Made by a program: the position numbers and the translations under genes. Positions 36,645 to 46,349 of a stretch of 64,000 bases of DNA are shown one piece after another. The notes below the pieces were generated by a model. That model was given only the letters and a program-made list of their open reading frames with translations. It was not told the DNA's origin and searched no databases. How positions within the stretch are numbered: the first letter of the stretch is position 1; every line of letters begins with the position of its first letter. Source of the DNA: Coriobacteriales bacterium (lineage in GTDB: Bacteria; Actinomycetota; Coriobacteriia; Coriobacteriales; CADBOM01); assembly GCA_050946275.1 (NCBI GenBank), contig JBMNUM010000005.1, positions 34,860-98,859 on the forward strand, in the 5' to 3' direction.

Positions 36645-38132
36645 CTACTTGGAAAGCGTCTCGATAATGTGGCGTGCCGCCTGACGGCCCGAGGTATGGG
36701 CGAAGCCGTTGGCCGTGCCCGGGCAGTCGAGGTTGTAGGTATCGCCATAGAGTCCCGTCGCGTCCATTCCAGCGGCATACAGGCCGGGGATCGGGACGTA
36801 CTTGTCGTCCGTCACCTGGAAGTTGCCGTTGATGCGGATGCCGCCGCAGGAGACGAGGATCGTCGGAGCCATCTGGATGGCGTAGAACGGAGCCTGCGCG
36901 ATCGGGTACAGGAACTTCGCGGGCTTGCCGAACTCCTCGTCGGCACCGGCCTCGCAAGCGGCGTTGTACTTCTCCACGACTGCGGTGAACGTCTCGACGT
37001 CGACGCCCATGCCCTCGGCGAGCTCCTCGATGGTGTCGCCCTTGAAGCAATTGCCGCCAAGGTTCTCCGCTATCTCCGCAGAGAGAGTCGGAAGCGTCTG
37101 GTGGATCGGGATGAAGTCGCCGAGGCCGATGACCGAGCCCTCGGTCTCAAGGCGCTTGACGGATGCGCTGTCGAGCACGCTGAAGACGACACCGTCATCT
37201 TGCATGGCCATCGTGTTGCCCGTGTCGGCGAAGCTCTGCGATACGGCCTCGTTCACGAAACGCTTGCCCTTGGAATCGACCCACAGATTCGGCTGGAAGC
37301 CGCCTCCCTCGATGCCGGAGTCGAGCGTGCTGCCGGGCGGGCATGCATCGACCATGAGCGTTCCGATATCCTTGAGATGCGCGCCGACGGCCTCTGCCAT
37401 GCGGATGCCATCGCCCGTGTTCTCCGTCGGGAAGGACTGGTAGTTCGTGTCGGCCAAATGCGGCATCCACGAGTACTGCCTGACCATGTCCATGTTGTTG
37501 CCGAAGCCGCCCGTCGCGATGACGACCGCCTTCGCGCCGATACGCAGCTCGTTGCCGTCGGAATCCGTGGCGACGACGCCGACGATCTTGCCATCCTCCT
37601 TGATGAGCTCCTTGGCGGGAGTGCTCGTGAAGAAGTCGACGCCAGCGTTCTCGCAGGCGCGGAGCAGCAGCTCCTGGCACTTGGCGCCGAGGCCCTCGGG
37701 ACGATGGAACGTGTAGAGCTCGAGATCCTGGTCCCATGCGTAGATGGTGACGTCGGAGAACTCGATGCCCATCTCCTTGTACATCGAGATCGTCTCGGGC
37801 GAGTTGTACACGAACGCCTTGACGACATCGAGGTTCGCACGACGGTGCGAGTAGTCGATGTAACGCTGGACATGCTCCTCATGCGTCGGGAAGTGCGCGC
37901 CCTTGGGCAGCGGGCCCGGATAGTCGGGATGCGGGCGCGTCTGCTGCTCGATGGACTCGGAGGCGCAGATGCCCTCCGCATAGATCGAGGTGCCGCCGGT
38001 CTGGGGCATCTTCTCGAGGACGACGACGGAAAGGTCGCCTTCCTTCGCGGCGATGTAGGCGGCCGACTTGCCGGCGGCGCCGCTGCCGATGCATACGACA
38101 TCGTACTCGACATCAAACTCTGCCATGCTCAT
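36645..38132 (-). CDS. soluble FAD-dependent reductase of the fumarate/urocanate-reductase flavoprotein family
   Basis: 495 aa. DVVCIGSGAAGKSAA dinucleotide fold and FAD_binding_2-like layout. No signal peptide, haem or FMN-binding extension visible. Confidence 0.85.
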   Translation of the reverse strand: MSMAEFDVEYDVVCIGSGAAGKSAAYIAAKEGDLSVVVLEKMPQTGGTSIYAEGICASESIEQQTRPHPDYPGPLPKGAHFPTHEEHVQRYIDYSHRRANLDVVKAFVYNSPETISMYKEMGIEFSDVTIYAWDQDLELYTFHRPEGLGAKCQELLLRACENAGVDFFTSTPAKELIKEDGKIVGVVATDSDGNELRIGAKAVVIATGGFGNNMDMVRQYSWMPHLADTNYQSFPTENTGDGIRMAEAVGAHLKDIGTLMVDACPPGSTLDSGIEGGGFQPNLWVDSKGKRFVNEAVSQSFADTGNTMAMQDDGVVFSVLDSASVKRLETEGSVIGLGDFIPIHQTLPTLSAEIAENLGGNCFKGDTIEELAEGMGVDVETFTAVVEKYNAACEAGADEEFGKPAKFLYPIAQAPFYAIQMAPTILVSCGGIRINGNFQVTDDKYVPIPGLYAAGMDATGLYGDTYNLDCPGTANGFAHTSGRQAARHIIETLSK

Positions 38133-38226
38133 ACTCCCCTCGTATGTAAATTAACCTTGTCTTACAAATCAATACGAAAAAAGCCCGCCCGTCGGCTGAG
38201 CCGTGCGGGCGGGCTGCTGGACGCTC

Positions 38227-39003
38227 TTAGTGAGCAACCTGGCCGGCGTCGACCGGGATGATCGCGCCACCCATGAACGAAGCCATGTCGGAGCCGAGGA
38301 ACAGCGCCACGTTGGCGATCTCCTTCGGGTCGGCGATGCGCTTCTGGAAGTTGTAGCTGGCGACGAGCTCGCACATCTCCGGATTGTCGATCCAGAACTG
38401 GGTCATCTCGGAGGCGGTGAAGCCGGGGGCGATGCCGTTGATGCGGATCTTACGCTCGGCGTACTCGATGGCGGCAGCCTTGGTCAGACCGGTGCAGGCA
38501 TGCTTGGCGGCAACGTACGGGCTCATGCCGGGGTCGGCGATGAGGCCGGCGACGGACGAGATGTTGACGATGTTACCAGCGTCCTGGACGCCCTTCTCGA
38601 TGAGGTCGAGCATAGCAGCGATCTCATACTTCATGGAGAAGAACACGCCGCGGGCGTCGACGTTGTTGATGCGGTTGTAGTCCTCGGTCGGGTAGTCGAC
38701 GAGGTCGATCGTGCCGGAGTTGGTGCCAGCGTTGTTCACGCAGACATCCAGACGACCATAGGTGTCAACGGCGGTCTTGACGAGGTTAGCAACGCTCTCC
38801 TCCTCCATGACGTCCGTCTTCACGTAGATGGACTCGCCACCGACAGCCTCGATGGCAGCCTGGGTCTCGGGCATCTCGCGACGACCAGCCAGAACGACCT
38901 TCGCGCCCTGCTGAGCGTAGAGGATGGCGGTAGCCTTGCCGATGCCCGAACGGGAGCCGGTAACGATAGCAACCTTACCAGTGAAATCAAGCAGATTTTC
39001 CAT
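38227..39003 (-). CDS. SDR-family oxidoreductase (3-oxoacyl-ACP reductase-like)
   Basis: TGSRSGIG, NNAG and Y-x3-K (YVAAKHA). The ATG at 39003 is preceded by GAAGGAGGAAA. Confidence 0.9.
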   Translation of the reverse strand: MENLLDFTGKVAIVTGSRSGIGKATAILYAQQGAKVVLAGRREMPETQAAIEAVGGESIYVKTDVMEEESVANLVKTAVDTYGRLDVCVNNAGTNSGTIDLVDYPTEDYNRINNVDARGVFFSMKYEIAAMLDLIEKGVQDAGNIVNISSVAGLIADPGMSPYVAAKHACTGLTKAAAIEYAERKIRINGIAPGFTASEMTQFWIDNPEMCELVASYNFQKRIADPKEIANVALFLGSDMASFMGGAIIPVDAGQVAH

Positions 39004-39167
39004 AATGATTTCCTCCTTCTTTAACACATAGTCGTATCCTTGCGAGGATTTTGCCTCGTTTCCATTTTGTCATAAATGACGACCGATTGGGCGATATTTA
39101 CCGAGAGGAAAGCATTGGTTGTTTCATGCAACCGCGCGATGAATTCTCCCCAGCAAGAGTCCTCTCG

Positions 39168-40286
39168 TTACTCCTTGTCGAAGAGCCCAGCCGCCTTCTC
39201 GAGCTTCTCTATGATGGGAATCGATTGCGGGCAGAAGCTCTCGCACGTGCCGCACTGGATGCAGTCGCTTGCATGCCTGCCCTCGCCCGTGTTGAAGCCG
39301 TACCAGTTTTGCCCATTCGCCAGCCCGTACATCGAGGCGCGGTTGAGCGACTGCATCATGTCCGAGATGTTGAGGTCCATCGGGCATTCCTTCATGCAGT
39401 AGCGGCAGTTCGTGCACGGGTTGTCGAGCAGCTCGTCGAGCTTCTCCTTGGCACGTGCGAGCATCGCCCGCTCGTCCGCGGTCAGGGGCACATGCTCCTT
39501 CCAGACCCGGATGTTATCCTCCATCTGCTCGATGTTGCTCATGCCGGAGAGTACGGTGATGATGTCGGGGCAGTCGAGCGCGAATCGCAGGGCCCAGTTA
39601 GCCGGGGTCAGCTCCCCTCCCGCCTCGCGCAGCACCTCGGCGACGGGCTCCGGGGGCGTGGCGAGCGTGCCGCCGCGCACGGGCTCCATGATGATGACGG
39701 GTTTGCCGTGCTTCTGGCACACCTCGACGCACTTGCGCGATTGCACGGTGGCGTTCTCCCAGTCGCAGTAGTTGACCTGGAGCTGCACGAACTCCATCTG
39801 CGGATGCCTTGTGAGCAGCTCGTCGAGCAGTTCCGCGTTGTCGTGGTGCGAGAAGCCGATGTGTCGGACCTTCCCCTCTTCCTTGAGCTCGGGCAGCCAA
39901 TCCCACAGCTCGAAGTTGTCGAAGACCTGCGTGCGCGCGCCGCCCGTGTTATGGATGAGGTAGAAGTCGAAGTATCCCGCGCCCGTTTCCTCGAGGGAAA
40001 TCTCGAAATCATGGCGTGCCTCCGCGGCGTCCTTCGCCTTGATCCACGCGGCGTTCTTCGTCGCGAGTTGGAACGACTCGCGGGGATAGCGCTCGACGAG
40101 CGCCTTGCGCGTGTCGGCCTCGGAGGTTCCGTAGGCACGTGCCGTGTCGAAGTACGTGCCCCCGGCCTCCATGAAGAGGTCGACCATCTTCTTGACCTGC
40201 TCGATGTCGGTCTCGCCGCTCTCGAGCTTCGGTAGCCTCATCAATCCGAATCCCAGCTTGGGGATGTCCTGTCCCAGATATCCCAT
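39168..40286 (-). CDS. aldo/keto reductase fused to a C-terminal 2x[4Fe-4S]-type ferredoxin domain
   Basis: AKR N-domain (LGFGLMRLP, HIGFSHH). C-terminal CTNCRYCMKECP and CIQCGTCESFCP. Confidence 0.85.
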   Translation of the reverse strand: MGYLGQDIPKLGFGLMRLPKLESGETDIEQVKKMVDLFMEAGGTYFDTARAYGTSEADTRKALVERYPRESFQLATKNAAWIKAKDAAEARHDFEISLEETGAGYFDFYLIHNTGGARTQVFDNFELWDWLPELKEEGKVRHIGFSHHDNAELLDELLTRHPQMEFVQLQVNYCDWENATVQSRKCVEVCQKHGKPVIIMEPVRGGTLATPPEPVAEVLREAGGELTPANWALRFALDCPDIITVLSGMSNIEQMEDNIRVWKEHVPLTADERAMLARAKEKLDELLDNPCTNCRYCMKECPMDLNISDMMQSLNRASMYGLANGQNWYGFNTGEGRHASDCIQCGTCESFCPQSIPIIEKLEKAAGLFDKE

Positions 40287-40325
40287 GCTTTCCTCCTCGC
40301 CATATCCTGCGGTTCTAAAAGCCTG

Positions 40326-40355
40326 CTGAATAGAGATTACCTGAATAGAGATTAC
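40326..40355. repeat. perfect 15-bp tandem duplication at the macro-gene stop codon
   Basis: CTGAATAGAGATTAC twice (40326-40340, 40341-40355). The second copy contains the TAA stop of the macro gene on the minus strand. Confidence 0.85.
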
Positions 40356-40864
40356 ATGTATCGGGCGTACGCCGCATACGTCTGGTCATCGAAGAGCACC
40401 CACTCCACGAGGTCGAGCGCATCCGGATGCTGTTCGATGAACGCGCGGACCGTGGATGTCGCGATGTCGGCCGCCTGATCGATCGGGAAATGGTACACGC
40501 CCGTCGAGATGGACGGGAATGCGATGCGCCTGACGCCATTGTCCACCGCGACCTGCAGCGAGGTGCGGTAGCACGACGCGAGCAGCTCGGGCTCGTTGCG
40601 GTCTCCCCCATGCCACACCGGACCCACCGTGTGGATAACGTGCTTGCAGGGCAGTTTGTATGCGCCGGTGATCTTTGCCTGTCCGGTCGGGCAACCGTTG
40701 AGCGTGCGACACTCCTCGAGCAGCTCCCTGCCCGCGGCTCGGTGGATCGCCCCATCGACACCTCCCCCGCCGAGCAGCGACGTGTTGGCGGCATTCACGA
40801 TGGCGTCGACGTCGTCGATCTTGGTTATGTCCCCCTTGATGATGCGGATGCTTGTGCCTGCCAT
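40352..40864 (-). CDS. macro-domain protein (O-acetyl-ADP-ribose deacetylase / YmdB-like)
   Basis: 170 aa. [22 protein letters not shown] and [10 protein letters not shown] motifs. Confidence 0.9.
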   Translation of the reverse strand: MAGTSIRIIKGDITKIDDVDAIVNAANTSLLGGGGVDGAIHRAAGRELLEECRTLNGCPTGQAKITGAYKLPCKHVIHTVGPVWHGGDRNEPELLASCYRTSLQVAVDNGVRRIAFPSISTGVYHFPIDQAADIATSTVRAFIEQHPDALDLVEWVLFDDQTYAAYARYM

Positions 40865-41001
40865 AGCGCTTTCCTTTCTCCGCTGTAACTTCCTTTCTCA
40901 CCATGATATCCGAGGATTTGGAGTTTGCCCTGTGCGCGATGGTGTCAATAAGCGGGGCATACCTTACAATTTATCTGGGAAAACGAGGGAAGGAGCTTCT
41001 C

Positions 41002-43302
41002 ATGGTTGATGCGAGCAAGAGCTTCGTCACCGAGGAGGATGGCGTCCTGAAGGTCCGGACGTGCGGCTGGTCGCCTCCAGGTGACCATCCGGTCGGTTGC
41101 GGAATGTTCATCCATGTCAAGGACGGCAAGGTGGTCAAGGTCGAGGGAGACCCGGACCATCCGATCACGCAGGGCAGGCTCTGCCCGAGGTGCATCGCGC
41201 TCGACGAGGTCGTCCATAGCGAGGAGCGCCTTCGCCATCCGATGGTTCGCGATCGCGAGGACCGCGGCAAGGACAAGTGGCGCGAGGTCACCTGGGATGA
41301 GGCCTACGACTATATCGAGCAATGGGTTCGCTATATCTGGGACGAGTATGGGGCCGAATCCATCTTCACCATCACCGGCACCGGCCGAGAGAGCACACTC
41401 TACGCGCCCGTCTACGGCCCTGCGGTGCTCAACACCTGCAACGGGGCGAGCACGTACGCGTTCTCGGGCAATGCGTGCTATGGTCCGCGCTGCACCATCA
41501 CCAACTACCTGCTCGGCGCGGGTTACCCCGAGATGGACTACGCGCAGTATTTCCCGGACCGCTACGACCATCCCGGCTACCAGGTGCCGAAGTACATCAT
41601 GATCTGGGGCAAGGACCCGCTGTACTCGAGCCCCGACGGTTTCTTCGGCCATAGCATCATCGATCTCATGAAGCGAGGGTCGAAGCTCATCGTCATCGAC
41701 CCGAGGCTCACCTGGTGCGCCGCACATGCCGAGGTGCACATCCAGTTGCGTCCCGGCACCGATCAGGCCATCGGCATGGGTCTGCTCAACGTCATCATCA
41801 ACGAGGACCTCTACGACCACGATTTCGTGGAGAAGTGGACCTATGGCTTCGACGAGCTGGCCGAGGCCGTTGCAGAGTGGACTCCCGAGCATGCCGCTGA
41901 AATCGCCTGGGTCGACCCCGAGGTCATCCGCAAGGCGGCGAGGCTCCTCGCCACAAACAAGCCCTCGACGAGCATCTGGGGTGTGGCGCTCGACCAGGCC
42001 AAGGCCTCCACGCAGGCCGGCCACTGCTTCCTCGCCCTCATGGCCATCTGCGGCTACCTCGACGTGCCGGGCGGCATCACGCTCACGCAGCCGACGAGCT
42101 TCATCGGGCAGTGGCGCTACGACATGGGCAAGACCATCAGCAAGGAGATGGCCGCCAAGCACATCGTCGATCCGGACGGAAAGTACCGCCTCTTCAACAC
42201 GGGTGCCGCCATGGGTGGCGTGCTCGGAGATACGCTGCTCAACTGGCTCGAGGGCAAGTACAAGGACCTGCCCCAGTACTACGATCTGCATATGTGCTGG
42301 TGCATCGGCTCCAATCCCCTCGCCTGCATGGCGCATCAGCCGAAGCGCTGGTACGAGGCCTTCAAGCAGCTCGATTTCTTCGTCGTCCAGGACATCTTCA
42401 TGACGCCGACCATCATGGCCTTGGCCGACGTGGTGCTGCCTCTCTCGACCTTCGCCGAGCATGATGGTTTGGTGACGCCCCACTTCGGGCGCAACCAGCA
42501 TTTCATCGGCGCGATGAACACCGCGATCGAGAACGATGACACGAAGAGCGACTTAGAGATCCTCGTCGACATGGGCCGCAGGCTCCGCCCCGAGATCTGG
42601 GAGGATTTCACGACGATCGACAACTTCTTCGACACCAAGCTCAAGGAGACGTACGGCTACGATCTCGAGGAGCTGCGCGACAAGAGCGTGATCCAGCCCG
42701 AGTTCCACTATCGCAAGTACGAGACGGGCGAGCTGCGTGATGACGGGAAGCCGGGTTTCGGCACCCAGACTGGCCGTATCGAGCTCTGGAGCCCGACCCT
42801 CAAGGGCTTTGGCGAACAGCCGCTTCCCTATTACGAGGAGCCGGATTACAGCCCGTATTCCCAGCCTGCCGAGGTCGTCGCCGAGTACCCGCTCGTCTAC
42901 ACGACCGGTGGCCGTCACATCTCGATGTTCCACTCAGAGCATCGCCAGATCCCAAGCTTGCGAGCATTGCATCCCGACCCGCTCGTGACGATTCATCCCG
43001 AGACTGCTGCCGAATACGGCATCAGCGAAGGCGATTGGGTCGAGATCGCCAGTCCGCTCGGTGAGTGCCGTCAGAGGGCGCATCTCACCGAGGAGGTGGC
43101 GACGTGGTGCATCCACATGGAGCACGCCTGGTGGTTCCCCGAGCAAGACGGAGAGGCCCCGAATCTCTACGGCGTGTTCGATGCGAACTCGAACAACCAC
43201 ACGCCGCACGAGAGCATCGGCATCACGGGCTACGGTGCACCGTATAAGAACGGCATCTGCAAGATCCGGAAGGTCTCCGGACTGAAGGACGAGGGGGAAT
43301 AG
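41002..43302 (+). CDS. molybdopterin (bis-MGD, DMSO-reductase-family) oxidoreductase catalytic subunit, cytoplasmic type
   Basis: 766 aa from the ATG at 41002 (GGGAAGGAG upstream). MopB-family layout with a C-terminal MGD-binding barrel. N-terminal Cys pattern C-x11-C-x27-C-x2-C. No twin-arginine signal. Confidence 0.85.
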   Translation: MVDASKSFVTEEDGVLKVRTCGWSPPGDHPVGCGMFIHVKDGKVVKVEGDPDHPITQGRLCPRCIALDEVVHSEERLRHPMVRDREDRGKDKWREVTWDEAYDYIEQWVRYIWDEYGAESIFTITGTGRESTLYAPVYGPAVLNTCNGASTYAFSGNACYGPRCTITNYLLGAGYPEMDYAQYFPDRYDHPGYQVPKYIMIWGKDPLYSSPDGFFGHSIIDLMKRGSKLIVIDPRLTWCAAHAEVHIQLRPGTDQAIGMGLLNVIINEDLYDHDFVEKWTYGFDELAEAVAEWTPEHAAEIAWVDPEVIRKAARLLATNKPSTSIWGVALDQAKASTQAGHCFLALMAICGYLDVPGGITLTQPTSFIGQWRYDMGKTISKEMAAKHIVDPDGKYRLFNTGAAMGGVLGDTLLNWLEGKYKDLPQYYDLHMCWCIGSNPLACMAHQPKRWYEAFKQLDFFVVQDIFMTPTIMALADVVLPLSTFAEHDGLVTPHFGRNQHFIGAMNTAIENDDTKSDLEILVDMGRRLRPEIWEDFTTIDNFFDTKLKETYGYDLEELRDKSVIQPEFHYRKYETGELRDDGKPGFGTQTGRIELWSPTLKGFGEQPLPYYEEPDYSPYSQPAEVVAEYPLVYTTGGRHISMFHSEHRQIPSLRALHPDPLVTIHPETAAEYGISEGDWVEIASPLGECRQRAHLTEEVATWCIHMEHAWWFPEQDGEAPNLYGVFDANSNNHTPHESIGITGYGAPYKNGICKIRKVSGLKDEGE

Positions 43303-43304
43303 CC

Positions 43305-43637
43305 ATGGCTCAGTACGCGATGCTCATCGATTACGGCCACTGCACCGGTTGCGATTCATGTGAGGTATCCTGCTGCAAGGAGAAGGGCCTTCCCCTCGAG
43401 GAATGGGGCATCAAGGTTCAGCAGATCGGGCCCAAGAAGCTCGGCGACAAGTGGGAGTGGGATTACGTTCCCGTTCCGTCGCGGCTCTGTGACCTGTGCG
43501 CCGATAGGCTCGAGGATGGCAAGGTGCCCCTCTGCCAGCTGCATTGCCTCGCGAAGGTTATCGAGGTGATTCCCGTAGAGGACGTCCCCGCCCGCATGGT
43601 GGAGCTGGGCGGCAAGGTGACCTGCTTCATGCCGTAG
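43305..43637 (+). CDS. small 4Fe-4S ferredoxin-type subunit
   Basis: 110 aa. CTGCDSCEVSC plus CDLC...C...C. Begins 2 nt after the catalytic subunit stop. Confidence 0.75.
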   Translation: MAQYAMLIDYGHCTGCDSCEVSCCKEKGLPLEEWGIKVQQIGPKKLGDKWEWDYVPVPSRLCDLCADRLEDGKVPLCQLHCLAKVIEVIPVEDVPARMVELGGKVTCFMP

Positions 43638-43667
43638 GGTTCGCATCTGGAAGATGATTCAATGCGT

Positions 43668-43710
43668 CGGGCCGGCAGGTGCGAAAAGCTCCTGCCGGCC
43701 CGCTTATTTC
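43668..43710 (+). terminator. intrinsic terminator after the Mo-enzyme pair
   Basis: CGGGCCGGCAGG-N11-CCTGCCGGCCCG followed by CTTATTTCC. Confidence 0.65.
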
Positions 43711-43736
43711 CCTCCAAACATAACCACGGGTTCGAA

Positions 43737-44291
43737 TCAGAGGATGTAGCCGAACACCCTCGGTGCCCAGGCGGCGAATCGATCGGGGCGCTCGCTCAGC
43801 TCTGAGGAGAGCTCCTCGGCGCTGAGCCAGCGGACCTCGGCGATCTCCTCCGGGTTCGGGGTCGGTTGTCCCTCGATGGTGCCGACCAGCACGTGATCGA
43901 TCTCGTTTTCCACGAGCTCGTTGCCGACCTCGGCGCGGTAGACGAAAGCCCCGAGCTCGCGCAGTCCGGAGACGCCGCAATCGAGCTCCTCGCGAAGCCT
44001 CCGCCTCGCCGCATCGAGCAACTCCTCTCCTGCGCGCGGATGTGAACAGCAGGAGTTGGCCCACAGGCCAGGCGAATGGTATTTGCCGTAAGATCGCCGC
44101 GCTATGAGGAACCTCCGCTCGCTGCCGCTCCCCTTCTCGAGCACTACGGAGAACGCGCGATGGAGCAGGCCCTCGCGGTGCACCCGTTCCTTCGTGGCGG
44201 TGCCGATGGCGCGGTCTGCCCCATCGACGAGAATCAGCTCGTCGTTGCGGGCGGTATCGTTCGAGAATGCATCTGTCATACCGTGGGTCAC
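43737..44291 (-). CDS. idi: isopentenyl-diphosphate delta-isomerase, type 1 (Nudix fold)
   Basis: HREGLLHRAFSVVL, SPGLWANSCCSHP and RRRLREELD patterns. Confidence 0.85.
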   Translation of the reverse strand: MTHGMTDAFSNDTARNDELILVDGADRAIGTATKERVHREGLLHRAFSVVLEKGSGSERRFLIARRSYGKYHSPGLWANSCCSHPRAGEELLDAARRRLREELDCGVSGLRELGAFVYRAEVGNELVENEIDHVLVGTIEGQPTPNPEEIAEVRWLSAEELSSELSERPDRFAAWAPRVFGYIL

Positions 44292-44404
44292 CTATTCGTC
44301 GTGGTCAAAATAAATGTAGCCAATCGTCAGCCGAAGCACAATTGATGCGTTCGACGGATAGCTTTCGTCCCGGTTTGCCGCGTGGTCCTGGCCTTCCCAC
44401 CGGC

Positions 44405-44875
44405 TCATTTCATCCGCTTGACCTTCTCCGAGAGCTCGGCGAGCTCCTCGCGGCTCAGCTCGGGGAGCCGCTCGAGTTGGTCGAGGAAATGCGCGACGCT
44501 CTTGTCGCGGCGATATCGCATGCGCTCCGTGCAGTAGCTGACTACGGCACCGGTGATGAGGGCGAGGAAGAGGATCGAGTAGACCGAGAGAACGACGGCG
44601 GCGAGACGGCCGACGATGGTTGTGCATGTGTAGTCCCCCAGCCCGATGGTGGTCACCACCTGGAACATGAGCCAGAATCCATCGCGGGCAGAGGCGATCG
44701 CGGGCTCGGCGAAGGTGACGATCAGCGAGGCCGCTACGTACAGCACGGCGAAGAGGATTGTCCAGTTCACGAGTCCGGCGGCCTTGATGACGGGAATGAT
44801 CGCGCGAAGGCGCATCGGCTTGTCCTTGCCGTTGGGGCTTTGCTGGTTGTGGTTGGCGCATGCGTCATCGGTCAT
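44405..44875 (-). CDS. two-TM potassium channel family protein
   Basis: 156 aa. Pore helix plus selectivity filter TTIGLGDY. The start ATG overlaps the stop of the upstream ClC gene (ATGA). Confidence 0.8.
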   Translation of the reverse strand: MTDDACANHNQQSPNGKDKPMRLRAIIPVIKAAGLVNWTILFAVLYVAASLIVTFAEPAIASARDGFWLMFQVVTTIGLGDYTCTTIVGRLAAVVLSVYSILFLALITGAVVSYCTERMRYRRDKSVAHFLDQLERLPELSREELAELSEKVKRMK

Positions 44876-46245
44876 TGCAACTCCTCTTTTTCCAAGATCC
44901 TGCCCGGTATGGGTAGCGAGCCGCCGATTACAGCCGCGATTCCGCTCCAGATGATGCCGTGGAGCGGGAAGCAGAGCAACAGAATCGCGATGGCTAGCAG
45001 CGGTTTTCTGGTCACTCCGGCGAGAAAGGCGGTCGTCACGACCGTGACCATCAGCATGGGGTCCGCGCCCGTTAGCAGGGCCACGCCATAACCGCAGGCG
45101 ACTCCCGCGAAGATGCTCGGGAAGAGGTTGCCTCCCATCCACCCCATGCGCAGGCACATCGGCGTGGCGATGGCCTTGAGAACGCCCGTCGCGATGAGGG
45201 CGAGCGCAGACCAGGTCCTCCAATCCGCCATGAGCTCGTGCGCCTGCATCTCGCCCGGGAACAGCACGAGCGGGAAGACCGTCGCCAGCGTGCCCATGAT
45301 GATGCCGGCTACGACCGGCTTCATGACCGTTCCCCGCGAACCGTCACCGAGCTTGAGGGAGATGTGGCCGAAAGCCCTGCTCGATCCGTGGTAGACGACC
45401 GTGAGGAGGTACCCGATAACGAGGCACGGGACGACCCAGATCAGGTCGGCTCCCGAGGCGGAAATGGAATCGAAGCGCGGCAGGCCCGCCGCCCGGCCGA
45501 ATAGCGAGGAGAAGAGGATGATGCCGCCGAAGGCGCCGATGGCCGCAGCGAGGTAGAGGACGACCTTGACTCCCTTGCGCATGTTGTAGGAATCGACGAT
45601 GCGCGCGCTTCCGGCACCGCCGCCAATGCCATCCGTGCCCGAACCAGACTCCGGGTCGCTCTCCATCCCTGCCACGAGACCGGCGAGCGGGGTTCCGAAG
45701 ATGGCGGAAAGGGTCGCCGAGATGGTGACGTTCGCGACATGCGCCGCTCGCAGCCCAGCGGCCTTCAGGCGGTCGCGGATCCAGCAGCAAGCTGCCGTGA
45801 TGATGCCCGTGAGACCAGCTTCGAAACCGACCGAGCCGCCGAAGACGAGCGGCAGCAGGAAGCTAACCACCGCCCTGCCGGCTCCCCCGAGCTCGTATCT
45901 CCCCGTCTCCCGGAACTCCCGCATGACTTCCTCGAGACCTCTTACCCTGTTGCCCGTGAGAAGCGTCCATAAGCCGATGACGAGTCCGCCGAGCGTGCAT
46001 ATCGCAAGCGGATACCACCATACGGCCGTCCCGCTCTCGAAGCTTCCCCAGATAAGCGAGGTCACCCAGACCGAGAGGTTCATGATCGCGAAAACGATAA
46101 AGCCGATCGCAAAGCCGATGGCCAATGCGAGGACGATGAAGGCGAATGTCACCGTGGCAGCGTCGGCCGGACCTTGGAGCTCGCGGCCGGAATCGCCGAC
46201 ATACGGCCGGTTGTCAACGCGCTCGTTTCTAGGCTTGAGGCTCAT
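44872..46245 (-). CDS. ClC-family chloride channel / H+-Cl- antiporter-like protein
   Basis: 457 aa, polytopic. ClC-like segments GGSVGFEAGLTG and GGNLFPSIFAG. Confidence 0.75.
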   Translation of the reverse strand: MSLKPRNERVDNRPYVGDSGRELQGPADAATVTFAFIVLALAIGFAIGFIVFAIMNLSVWVTSLIWGSFESGTAVWWYPLAICTLGGLVIGLWTLLTGNRVRGLEEVMREFRETGRYELGGAGRAVVSFLLPLVFGGSVGFEAGLTGIITAACCWIRDRLKAAGLRAAHVANVTISATLSAIFGTPLAGLVAGMESDPESGSGTDGIGGGAGSARIVDSYNMRKGVKVVLYLAAAIGAFGGIILFSSLFGRAAGLPRFDSISASGADLIWVVPCLVIGYLLTVVYHGSSRAFGHISLKLGDGSRGTVMKPVVAGIIMGTLATVFPLVLFPGEMQAHELMADWRTWSALALIATGVLKAIATPMCLRMGWMGGNLFPSIFAGVACGYGVALLTGADPMLMVTVVTTAFLAGVTRKPLLAIAILLLCFPLHGIIWSGIAAVIGGSLPIPGRILEKEELQ

Positions 46246-46349
46246 GCTCCCCCGGTTTGCGGTGATGATCGAATACCAAGCTCATTATACGTTGGTGCGG
46301 CGGAGGGAGCCGTGCCGCCGCCGCACCGTCGGGCAGTCCGTTCAGGCTG

